Assembly (NCBI GenBank): GCA_041690355.1 | Contig: JAWLHK010000022.1 | Location: 1 to 64,000, forward strand | DNA: 64,000 nt | Direction of reading: 5' to 3' | DNA from: a bacterium | GTDB lineage: Bacteria; J088; JAWLBW01 | Shown here: piece by piece, positions 1-8,274 of the stretch | Layout of the letters: the number at the start of each line of letters is the position of its first letter | Position numbering within the stretch: position 1 is the first letter of the stretch | Notes under the pieces: generated by a model | The model's input: the letters and a program-made list of their open reading frames with translations, nothing else | Database searches by the model: none | Told to the model about the DNA's origin: nothing | Translations under genes and position numbers: made by a program

Positions 1-122
1 CCCCGGAGCCGCTTTTCCATTTCCCCTCCGGCTGGAATTGAAGGGGCTTGGCGCTCCGGCGGGGGAGCGTGGTACCATTTCCCTTTTTACCGCCGGTAGC
101 TTTTAGAAAAGGACTGTCAGTC

Positions 123-614
123 ATGGCTGAGCATCACTCTCCGGAACCCCAACAGGAAGCCCCCAAGGCAAGCTGGGGCGTCATCTCCGTCGTCGCGACC
201 ATCGTCGTGCTCGTCGGCTTCGTCGTCGGTGACTATCTGCTCGACGCGGCCCACGAGCGCGAAGCACGCCTGACCCAGCAGCCTGCCGCGGCCGAGGCCC
301 CCGCCGAGGCCGGCGCCGAAGGCGAAGCGGCCCCCGAAGGCGAGGGCGAAGCAGCCGTGGCCGTGAGCGGCGACGCCGTCTTCCAGAGTGCCGGCTGCGG
401 CGCTTGCCATGCGGTCGGTGGTCAGGGGGGCAAGGTCGGGCCGGCGCTCGACGGTGTCGGGGCCAAGGGCAAGGACCATATCCGCGAGTCGATCGTGCAG
501 CCCGACAAGGTGGTCGCCGAGGGCTATGCGGCGGGCCTCATGCCGAAGACCTTCGAAAAGACCCTGAAGCCCGCCGAGCTCGACGCGCTCGTCGACTGGC
601 TGGCCTCCAAGTAA
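123..614 (+). CDS. Membrane-anchored monoheme c-type cytochrome
   Basis: N-terminal TM helix, Ala/Glu-rich linker, CGACH heme motif, GP-x-L and distal Met (GLMP); ATG at 123 after AAGGA. Confidence 0.85.
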   Translation: MAEHHSPEPQQEAPKASWGVISVVATIVVLVGFVVGDYLLDAAHEREARLTQQPAAAEAPAEAGAEGEAAPEGEGEAAVAVSGDAVFQSAGCGACHAVGGQGGKVGPALDGVGAKGKDHIRESIVQPDKVVAEGYAAGLMPKTFEKTLKPAELDALVDWLASK

Positions 615-651
615 GCCAAGTAAGCGAGGAAGAACCTTCGCAGATTCATGC

Positions 652-686
652 GACACCGCCCTCCGGCCCGCCGGATGGGCGGTGTC
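652..686. terminator. GC-rich hairpin between convergent genes (likely terminator)
   Basis: GACACCGCCC-TCCGG...CCGGA-T-GGGCGGTGTC; weak U-tract. Confidence 0.5.
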
Positions 687-710
687 TGCGTTTCAGGCGG
701 CATGGAGGGA

Positions 711-1256
711 TCAGGCTCCCCGCCGCGGCTTGATCCGCGAGCGGGCGAACTGCAGGGTCGCTCGCACGCCGCGCACCGCCAGCCATCCGGCGGCGAGAGC
801 CCGGGGAAACAGGCCGCGTCCGCCGCGGCCCGGCTGGCTGCCGCGCCGCCGTGACCTCTGCAGCGGCGTCCGCGTGGCGCCGGTTTCGGGTTCGTCGACG
901 ATGCCCGTCAGTCCGGCCTCGCGGAAGATTTTCTCTTCTCCGGCATGCGGCGGCTGCTCCAGGAGTTCCCTCGCGAATTCGCCGGCCGACCGTTCGCCGA
1001 CCCGCCAGACGCCCCCCTCATATCCCTCTTCATAGCGGATGTCTTCAAACCAGGCGACGCCGCGATCGCCCGTCAGCTCACCGACGTGCACGAGGCGGGC
1101 GTCGTCGTCGAGCTGAAAGGCATATGTCCGGTCGCCCGCGCGCATTTCGAAGCGGAACTCCTTCGGGTCTTCGACGTCGGCCTGGTCGCCGACCGCCTCG
1201 CGGCATTCCCCCACTAGACGGCGGAACTCCTGATAGAAAGCCTGATCGAACGACAT
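711..1256 (-). CDS. Hypothetical protein
   Basis: ATG at 1256 preceded by strong SD AAGGAGG; no family recognised. Confidence 0.6.
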   Translation of the reverse strand: MSFDQAFYQEFRRLVGECREAVGDQADVEDPKEFRFEMRAGDRTYAFQLDDDARLVHVGELTGDRGVAWFEDIRYEEGYEGGVWRVGERSAGEFARELLEQPPHAGEEKIFREAGLTGIVDEPETGATRTPLQRSRRRGSQPGRGGRGLFPRALAAGWLAVRGVRATLQFARSRIKPRRGA

Positions 1257-1439
1257 GGATCCTCCTTCACGCATGGCGGACGCATCTGCACCGGACCGCC
1301 CCCATGCTGATGCATTCCGGCTGTCGGGACAATCATGGGCGCTTGCTGCGCGGGCCGCCGTGCCCGCGGCCGAAGGGCACCGTGTAGAGGCCGCCCGCCC
1401 TCCGTGCCAACGGAGGGAATGGCGTAGAATGGCGTCGAG

Positions 1440-2219
1440 ATGTGTCGATTTCTAACCGTGCGCGGCCCGGCTCCGGCCGTCCGCCTGTTTCTCCAGGGCC
1501 CCGCCCTCGAGGAGTTTCAGCGCCGGAGCCAGCGCCATACGGCGGGCTGGGGGGTCGCCTGGTACCGCAACGGCCACCTGTACCGGGAGCGGGCCCCCGT
1601 CTGGATTCGGGGCGACGTGTCCTTTCTGCCCCGCCTGCGCACGCTCGAGGCCGAACGGGTCATCCTGCACGTGCGCCGGGCGACGCGCGGCGGCGTGAGC
1701 GTCGAGAATACACACCCGTTCGTCGAAGGGCATCGGGTGTTCGCCCACAACGGCACCCTGGGCCGGGAGGCCACGGAGGCCATCCGCGAACTGCTCGCGC
1801 CGCAGGTCGAGGGCGAGACCGACAGCGAACTGTTCTTCCGCCTGCTCAGCTGGGAAATCGAGCGGGCGGGGCCGGTGGTCGAAGGGGTGCGCCGTGCGAT
1901 CGCCTTCGTGCTCGAGCGCTCACCGCGATCCCGGCTGAACTTCGTGTTCGCCGACGAGAAGGGGCTCTACGTCTTCCGGCGGGGACACAATCTCTATCAC
2001 TTTCTGGTGGCGACCGAGGCGGGCATGGTCGAGGGAGCATCCTCCGATCTGCTCGTCCCCGGCAGCGGGGCTCTCGGCCGCGATTGGATGCTGTCGCTCG
2101 GGGAACGGCCCGAGCAGACCCGGCTGTCGCGCATCGTCTTTCCGGCCGGGCACCTGCACGGCGCGTGGGAAAGCGCTTCCGCGGATTCCCCTTACAGCCA
2201 CTCGGCGAACGCCCAGTAG
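1440..2219 (+). CDS. Class II glutamine amidotransferase (YafJ/EgtC-like Ntn hydrolase)
   Basis: N-terminal M-C-R, GWGVAWY, HVRRAT, NTHPF, FAHNG, GETDSE motifs. Confidence 0.85.
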   Translation: MCRFLTVRGPAPAVRLFLQGPALEEFQRRSQRHTAGWGVAWYRNGHLYRERAPVWIRGDVSFLPRLRTLEAERVILHVRRATRGGVSVENTHPFVEGHRVFAHNGTLGREATEAIRELLAPQVEGETDSELFFRLLSWEIERAGPVVEGVRRAIAFVLERSPRSRLNFVFADEKGLYVFRRGHNLYHFLVATEAGMVEGASSDLLVPGSGALGRDWMLSLGERPEQTRLSRIVFPAGHLHGAWESASADSPYSHSANAQ

Positions 2220-2797
2220 CCCCCGAGGAGCAGGCTGACGGCGGCCGTCGCGAGAGCCGCTGCCCGCTGCGCGCGCGGCGTGCGCAGAAAGGCGTGCTGC
2301 GAGGCCCCCAGCGCAAGACCGAAGAGCAGCATGCCGCACACGATGCCGGCGCCGAAGGCCGCTGAAAAGAGCAGGGCGACCGGTGTGCTGTGGGCCACCG
2401 TCGCCGCCGAAAGCGCGAGAATCAGGCTGCGCGTGCCGCTCGCCGCGAAGAGTGAGCCCCAGAGTCCGGCGGCGTGCCGGTGCGGCGCCTGCGGGTCGCG
2501 GAAGGTATCGTGCAGGACGGCGCCCCCGAGAAACATGAGGGCCAGACCGCCCAGCGTCTCGGCGATGCGGATGAACCCTTCGGAGGGGAGAAAGGAGAAC
2601 GCGAGCGCGCCGACGGAGCAGACGAAGAGAATGAGGGAGTGACCCAGCGCGAAGCGCAGGCTGATGGCGGCCATGCGGCCCACGGGCATCTGCGGCCGCA
2701 CGAGCGTCGTGATGGCCGCGAGGTGATCGGGCCCGAAGGCGTGCGCGAACCCGAGGCCGAACATGCCGACGAGGCCGAAGAGTACAGAGTGATCCAT
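2192..2797 (-). CDS. Ni/Co transporter-like membrane protein (UreH/NiCoT-related)
   Basis: HAFGPDH and F-x-x-GH motifs, multiple TM helices; start could be 2824. Confidence 0.7.
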   Translation of the reverse strand: MDHSVLFGLVGMFGLGFAHAFGPDHLAAITTLVRPQMPVGRMAAISLRFALGHSLILFVCSVGALAFSFLPSEGFIRIAETLGGLALMFLGGAVLHDTFRDPQAPHRHAAGLWGSLFAASGTRSLILALSAATVAHSTPVALLFSAAFGAGIVCGMLLFGLALGASQHAFLRTPRAQRAAALATAAVSLLLGGYWAFAEWL

Positions 2798-2899
2798 CGC
2801 GTCTCCGCTGCGCAAAAGGAACATGGTAGCCCAAAGGGGCACCGTGCAAAAGACCGATGCGGGGGGCGGCGGCGCGCGCCGATGGTTTACAATGCCGGG

Positions 2900-3874
2900 A
2901 TGAAAATGCGACGCCTCGGCAGCACCGATCTCGAACTGACGCGCGTCGGCTTCGGCGCCTGGGCCATCGGCGGCGGCGACTGGGTCTTCGGCTGGGGTCC
3001 GCAGGACGACGCAGCGAGCGTCGCGGCCATCCGCCGGGCCCTCGAACTCGGCATGAACTGGATCGACACGGCGGCGGTCTACGGCCTGGGCCATTCCGAA
3101 GACGTCGTGCGCCGCGCGCTCGAAGGCTGCCGCCGCGAAGACGTCATCCTGGCCACCAAGTGCGGCATGCGGTGGAACGAGCGCGGCGAGATCCGCTATG
3201 ACCTCTCGGCCGCAAGTGTGCGCTTCGAAGCGGAACAGAGCCTGCGGCGCCTCGGCGTCGACGTCATCGACCTCTACCAGATTCACTGGCCCAACGACGA
3301 GGCGCATCTCGAAGAAGGGTGGGCCGAAATGGCGCGCCTCGTCGCCGAGGGCAAGGTGCGCCACCTCGGGGTCTCGAACTTTTCGGTCGCGCAGATGGAG
3401 CGCGTGCAGGCCATTCACCCGATCGCCTCGGCCCAGCCCCCCTATTCCATGCTCGTGCGGAAAATCGAGGCCGACGTGCTCCCCTGGTGCCGCGCGAACG
3501 AAGTCGGCGTCATCGCCTACAGCCCCATGCGCAACGGGCTGCTCACGGGCAAATACGATGCGGAGTCGATTGCCGCCCTTTCGCCCGAGGACTGGCGCCG
3601 CCGGAACGACGACTTCAAGCCGCCGCGGCTGGGACCCAATCTGCAGCTGGTCGAGGGGCTGCGCGAAGTGGCCGCGCGCATCGGAAGTACGCCCGCGCGG
3701 CTGGCCATCGCATGGGTGAATTCGCAGCCGGGGGTCACGGCGGCCATCGTCGGCGCCCGCTCGGCAGACCAGGTGGAATCGACGGTTGCGGCCGGCGACG
3801 AAGAGCTCTCCCCCGCGCTTCTCGAGGAGCTGAACACGCTCATTGCCGCGCGCGACCTCGCTTTGGCCCCCTGA
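2900..3874 (+). CDS. Aldo/keto reductase
   Basis: GFGAWAIGG, IDTAAVYG, LATK, DLYQIHWP, GVSNF, YSPM. Confidence 0.93.
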   Translation: MKMRRLGSTDLELTRVGFGAWAIGGGDWVFGWGPQDDAASVAAIRRALELGMNWIDTAAVYGLGHSEDVVRRALEGCRREDVILATKCGMRWNERGEIRYDLSAASVRFEAEQSLRRLGVDVIDLYQIHWPNDEAHLEEGWAEMARLVAEGKVRHLGVSNFSVAQMERVQAIHPIASAQPPYSMLVRKIEADVLPWCRANEVGVIAYSPMRNGLLTGKYDAESIAALSPEDWRRRNDDFKPPRLGPNLQLVEGLREVAARIGSTPARLAIAWVNSQPGVTAAIVGARSADQVESTVAAGDEELSPALLEELNTLIAARDLALAP

Positions 3875-3878
3875 TTCC

Positions 3879-3920
3879 CCTTGCCCTTTCAGATCAGGAA
3901 TCACATCAGGAATCGAGAAT
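3879..3920 (+). repeat. Modular repeat site 0: CCTTGCC plus degenerate TCAGGAA array
   Basis: CCTTGCC 3879-3885, then TCAGGAA, TCACA, TCAGGAA, TCGAGAA. Confidence 0.65.
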
Positions 3921-4352
3921 CCTTCGGATTCTCGCCACGTGGGTGCCGCTCCAGTAGATCCGCCGGCAGCGAGGACAGGTCCGGAAACGGTCCTGCGTCG
4001 CCGCGACATACGGGGGTACGCGGTCGCGCACCGCGGCGGGGTCGGTCGCCGCGAGGGGCGTGTTGCACACCGCGCACCGCGTGAAGGGCGCCCCGCGCAG
4101 GACCGACGGATAGAGGTCGACGACCTCGCTCCACTGCTCGTCGACGTCGTCGCTCGAGAGCAGCAGGGCCGACTCTGCGCCGCGGCGTTGTACGAGCCGG
4201 TGGTCGCGCGTAAGGATGATCCGGTCCTCGGCCACGGCTCGGCGCACGAGGTCGGCGTCGCCAATCGAGCGCTCGTAGGCCGTATCCACGCCCGCGAGGC
4301 GCAGGCGGCGCGCGAGGCGGCCGAGCATGGCGTCGCAGAAGAAGCGCGCCAC
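3906..4352 (-). CDS. Mut7-C RNase (PIN-like) domain protein
   Basis: F-x-x-DAMLGRLARRLRLAGVDT, ILTRD, RCAVCN...CPRCRRIYWSGTH. Confidence 0.9.
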   Translation of the reverse strand: MARFFCDAMLGRLARRLRLAGVDTAYERSIGDADLVRRAVAEDRIILTRDHRLVQRRGAESALLLSSDDVDEQWSEVVDLYPSVLRGAPFTRCAVCNTPLAATDPAAVRDRVPPYVAATQDRFRTCPRCRRIYWSGTHVARIRRILDS

Positions 4353-4353
4353 G

Positions 4354-4992
4354 TCAGCCCCCGGTGAAGATCGTCGGCGCCGTCTCGCGCAGACCGTCGA
4401 GAATGAACTGCACGGCCATCGCCAGCACGATGAGGCCGAAGAGCCGGCTCACGACGTTGATGCCCGTGACGCCGAGCAGGCGCAGTACGTGCCGGCTGAA
4501 GCGCAGCGCGAGCCAGGTGAGCACGCCGATGGCCAGCAGGATTGCGACCAAGGTCAGCGTGCCCGTCGTATCCGGCCGCTCGGACGAGAAGACGACCACC
4601 GTGCTGATCGCCCCGGGTCCGCCGAGCAGCGGGATCCCCAGGGGCGTGATGGAAACGTCGGCCTTGTGCGTCCCCTCGGTCTTCTCCGACGGCTCGATGC
4701 GCACCCCCGTGTGCGTGGCCTTGAGCAGATCGAGCGCGATGATGAGGATGATCAGCCCGCCGGCGATGCGGAAGGCGGCCGGCGAGATGGAGAAGGCGCG
4801 GAAGACCGCGTCGCCGAAGAAGAGAAAGAAGAGGAGCACGACCGTCGCCGCCATCGGCGCCCGGCGCGCGGCAATGCGCCGGCTCGCGGGGGAGTGGTCG
4901 AGGGTCATGCTCAGGTAAATCGGGACGGCGGCCACCGGATCGATGACCGAAAGCAGGGTGACGAAGGCGCGCACTGTGAATTCGAGGTCCAT
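4354..4992 (-). CDS. MarC family membrane protein
   Basis: VIDP, FRIAGG, PLGIPLLGGPGAI, SRLFGLI. Confidence 0.92.
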   Translation of the reverse strand: MDLEFTVRAFVTLLSVIDPVAAVPIYLSMTLDHSPASRRIAARRAPMAATVVLLFFLFFGDAVFRAFSISPAAFRIAGGLIILIIALDLLKATHTGVRIEPSEKTEGTHKADVSITPLGIPLLGGPGAISTVVVFSSERPDTTGTLTLVAILLAIGVLTWLALRFSRHVLRLLGVTGINVVSRLFGLIVLAMAVQFILDGLRETAPTIFTGG

Positions 4993-5047
4993 TCGGTTTG
5001 CGGATGCTTGTCGCGGTTTGCTAACCTGTCACCTGTCCTGAGTTCCC

Positions 5048-5389
5048 CTGCTTTCCGAGAGGCTGCTCCTGTCCGCCGAAGACATCAGTCTGCGCATCAT
5101 CGAAGTCGGCGCCGAAATTCTCGGCCTCGAGCTCGGGCTCGCCCGGGAGACGTGCAGGCACATCGTCGACAGGGTCGCCCGCCAGGCCGTGCTGCGGGCC
5201 GGATGCGCCGCCTTTCCGCCATCCCCCTCGGAAATGACCGCCGCGAAGCGGCAGCAGATGATGGCCGATGCGCTTTCGCTCCTGGAGCAGGAACTGGCGG
5301 CCCGCGGGGTCGGCGAGGCAGGTCGCCGGCAGGTCCTTATCGATCTGGAAGCATTTTACCGCAGCGTTCGGCTCCTGCCGCCGGAATAG
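5048..5389 (+). CDS. Hypothetical helical protein (start uncertain: CTG 5048 or GTG 5189)
   Basis: Frame open from 5042 with protein-like sequence (ERLLLSAEDISLRIIEVGAEIL...) filling the gap between neighbours. Confidence 0.45.
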   Translation: MLSERLLLSAEDISLRIIEVGAEILGLELGLARETCRHIVDRVARQAVLRAGCAAFPPSPSEMTAAKRQQMMADALSLLEQELAARGVGEAGRRQVLIDLEAFYRSVRLLPPE

Positions 5390-5430
5390 CGCTCTCCCGG
5401 CTACGGCCGGCAACCTGGAAGAAGACCATC

Positions 5431-7236
5431 GTGTTTCGTCGTCGCGTATTTTCCCTGCTTCTCCTCTGCGCCGCGCTCGCGGCGCCGGCATGCACGCGCA
5501 AAGCCGAGCAACCGTTTACCTTCGCCGAAGACGCCGACGCCGCCGCCGAACTCCCCTGGAAGCCCTGGGGGCCCGAGGCCTTCGCCGCCGCGCGGGAGTC
5601 GAACCGGCCCGTTTTTCTGAGCCTCAACAGCACCCTGTGTTTCTGGTGCCGCCTGCTCGATGCGAGCACCTTCGGTAACGAGCGCGTCCAGAAGCTGCTG
5701 ACCGGAAAATTCGTGCTCGTGCGCGCCGACGTCGAAGCGTTTCCGGCCCTCGCCGAACGCTACGCCGAGACCCTGCCGACGATGGCCGTGCTCTCGCCCG
5801 ACGGCGATCTGCTGTGGAGATCGCCGTTTCTGCAGCCGACCGATCTGAACGCGGCCCTCTACAAGGTGTTGCGCGGCGAGACCGGGACGCTCCTTCCGGC
5901 GCACGAGCGCCGGTTCAAGCCGGTCGCGCGCCTGCTGCACCCTGACGACGTCAACGCCTGGATGCGCAAGGCCAACGAGAAATACGATTACGGGAACCGG
6001 GGCTACGGATTCGGCCCGAAAGAGGCGGCCCCGCCGGGCATGGTCTTCGACGTATTCGGAGGCATGCGCATGGCCAGCCGTTCGGCGGCCACGCGCCTGC
6101 TTTACCACGTGCAGAACATGGGCCCGGTCCTCGGGGATGCCGAGGACGGCGGCTTCTACGCGACGACCCGCACGCGCCGCTGGGATCAGCCGATTCCCCT
6201 CAAGCGCGCCGACGAGCAGGTGCGGGCTGCGGCGGCCCTGCTCGGTTACGTCGAGGTGGGGGTGCACGTCCTCCCCGAGCAGTGGGAAGAGGGCCGGAAT
6301 CAGGAACTCCCGCCCGGTCTGCGCGAGGCTGCCGGGAAGGCGGTCGATTACGTGCTCGGCGAGTTGCTCGATGCGAGCGGCGGCGTTCACAACGGCGCCT
6401 ATGCGCCGGACTCCTTCGGCAAGATGACCGAGAAGGGGTGGCGCGACGACGCCGACTTCGAGCGCGATCGGCGCATGCAGGCCGACGTCACGGCGCGCAC
6501 CGCACTCTGGCTGTCGCGCGCTGGACGCTGGGCGCAGCGGGCGGATTGGGTTGCCGCCGCCGCGAAGATGATGGATTGGGTTCTCGCAGGGCGCGATGAA
6601 ACCGGCTTGCTCTATCACCTGCCGGCGATCAAGCGTCACGCAGGCTGGCTGGGCGATCACACGGCCGCGCTCGAGGCGACACTCGAACTCTATCAGTCGA
6701 CGGGCGACGATCGGTACCTCAAAGCGGGTGAAGAACTGTTGACGCAGCTTGACCGCTTCGCCGATGGTCCCCTCTTCGCGACGGTCGTCACCGAGACGGC
6801 GGGCACGCCGCTCGTCGCCGAACTCTCTCCCGTGCTGAACGCCGAAGCGGCGCGCGGGCTGTGGCGCGCCGGCGTGCTGCTCGTATCGCCCGCCCTGCGC
6901 GTGCGCGCGCTGCGGATCATCGAGGTCTACGCCGGCGCGATCAAGAGTTTCGGCGACCGGGAAGAGGAGTATATCCTGTCGACCTGGCTGGCCATGCTTC
7001 CGCCGCTGCGGCTCGAGCTGCCGCGCGCGTGGAAGGACGGCAAGGCGCTGGCGTTCACGTCGACGCCCGACCTGCGTCCGTCGCTGCGCTGGACCGACGA
7101 GCCGGCGGCCCGGCTGTGCGTCTCGGATCTGTGTGCGCCGCCCATCGACGACGAGCGCGTGCTTGCCGAGGCGGCCAACGAAGCGGTGGTTTCGGGCCGG
7201 CTGCCGAAGGTTACGCTGGCGCCGGTCGCCGAATAG
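5431..7236 (+). CDS. Exported DUF255/YyaL-like protein (thioredoxin-like domain plus helical barrel), likely lipoprotein
   Basis: Signal ending LAAPAC; LPWKPWGPEAFAAA...PVFLS...CFWC; GGFY, GWLGDH; GTG start at 5431. Confidence 0.8.
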   Translation: MFRRRVFSLLLLCAALAAPACTRKAEQPFTFAEDADAAAELPWKPWGPEAFAAARESNRPVFLSLNSTLCFWCRLLDASTFGNERVQKLLTGKFVLVRADVEAFPALAERYAETLPTMAVLSPDGDLLWRSPFLQPTDLNAALYKVLRGETGTLLPAHERRFKPVARLLHPDDVNAWMRKANEKYDYGNRGYGFGPKEAAPPGMVFDVFGGMRMASRSAATRLLYHVQNMGPVLGDAEDGGFYATTRTRRWDQPIPLKRADEQVRAAAALLGYVEVGVHVLPEQWEEGRNQELPPGLREAAGKAVDYVLGELLDASGGVHNGAYAPDSFGKMTEKGWRDDADFERDRRMQADVTARTALWLSRAGRWAQRADWVAAAAKMMDWVLAGRDETGLLYHLPAIKRHAGWLGDHTAALEATLELYQSTGDDRYLKAGEELLTQLDRFADGPLFATVVTETAGTPLVAELSPVLNAEAARGLWRAGVLLVSPALRVRALRIIEVYAGAIKSFGDREEEYILSTWLAMLPPLRLELPRAWKDGKALAFTSTPDLRPSLRWTDEPAARLCVSDLCAPPIDDERVLAEAANEAVVSGRLPKVTLAPVAE

Positions 7237-7248
7237 GCAGGGGAACGA

Positions 7249-8211
7249 TCAGGCCTGCAGCAGATCGAGCAGCTGCCGCAGGAACTCGCGCGGCGTCTCG
7301 CCGCGGCTTCCGCGCAGGCGCACGGCAAGCGCCTCTTTGCCGCCCAGGCGCTCGACCGCCAGCTCGCCCGCGAGGCGGGTAAAGGTCGTGAGCGCCCAGC
7401 GGGCCCCCTTCTCACGGCGGCGGGCCTCCAAGCCCGTTTCACGCAGCCACGCGGCGTGCCGATCGACGGCCTCCACGAACTCGGGCAGCCCGAGGCCCGA
7501 GACGGCGCTCGTGCGCAGCGCTTCGGGCACCCAGCCGCCGGGCGCGGCTTCACGGTAGGTGAGCGTCCCTTTCAGGTCGAGCATGGCGCGCCGGGCGAGC
7601 TTCTCCTGATCTGCCTTGTTGATGACGAGCAGGTCGGGAATTTCCATGATGCCCGACTTCATGAACTGCAGGGTGTCGCCCGAGCCGGGCTGCACGACGA
7701 AGACGACCGTGTCGGCGATGTCTTCGATGTCGGTTTCAGACTGCCCGATGCCCACCGTCTCGACGACGACGACGTCGTAGGCGGCCTGCATGACCTCGAC
7801 GGCCGCCTGCGTGGCCCGCGCAAGGCCGCCCAGCTGATCGCCCGAGGCCATCGAGCGCACGAAGATGCCCGTGTCGGCGGAATCGTAGCGGATGCGCGCC
7901 CGGTCGCCGAGCAGGGCGCCTCCCGTGCGCTTCGAGGTCGGATCGACGGCGACGATGCCCACGCTGCGTCCGCGCTGCCGCAGTTCCTGAATGAGCGCGC
8001 CGGTCAGCGTGCTCTTGCCGACCCCCGGCGGGCCCGTCATGCCGACGACATGCGCCCGGCGGGGCGCCTTCTCGAGCCGCTGCAGCAGGTCGTCGATGCT
8101 CGCGCGCAGGGCGGGGCGCTGATCCTCGACCAGATTCAGGGCGAGCGCGACCCCCGCCTTGTCGGCGGCGAGAATGCGGGGAATCAGCTCATCGAGGTTC
8201 GGTGCGTTCAT
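7249..8211 (-). CDS. meaB: Acyl-CoA mutase-associated GTPase MeaB/ArgK
   Basis: GPPGVGKST, AVDPTS, GGALLGDR, VETVGIGQSE, NKAD. Confidence 0.93.
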   Translation of the reverse strand: MNAPNLDELIPRILAADKAGVALALNLVEDQRPALRASIDDLLQRLEKAPRRAHVVGMTGPPGVGKSTLTGALIQELRQRGRSVGIVAVDPTSKRTGGALLGDRARIRYDSADTGIFVRSMASGDQLGGLARATQAAVEVMQAAYDVVVVETVGIGQSETDIEDIADTVVFVVQPGSGDTLQFMKSGIMEIPDLLVINKADQEKLARRAMLDLKGTLTYREAAPGGWVPEALRTSAVSGLGLPEFVEAVDRHAAWLRETGLEARRREKGARWALTTFTRLAGELAVERLGGKEALAVRLRGSRGETPREFLRQLLDLLQA

Positions 8212-8223
8212 GCGGTGGCGCGT

Positions 8224-8252
8224 AAAAAAAGGGGCGGGCAACGACCCGCCCC
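8224..8252 (-). terminator. Rho-independent terminator between ecm and meaB
   Basis: Minus strand GGGGCGGG-tcgttg-CCCGCCCC-TTTTTTT. Confidence 0.8.
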
Positions 8253-8274
8253 CGGAATCTGCGGGAACGTGGCC

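Noticed and set aside
607-624. CCAAGTAAG duplication at the cytochrome stop
   Set aside because: A single 9-bp duplication, not matching any array family and not flanking an element.
5018-5041. Selenocysteine read-through of TGA 5039
   Set aside because: No redox motif context and no evident SECIS.
2192-7236. 690-aa and 969-aa ORFs as fusion proteins
   Set aside because: Their N-terminal parts overlap AKR, Mut7-C or MarC in other frames or strands; the real genes start near 2797 and 5431.
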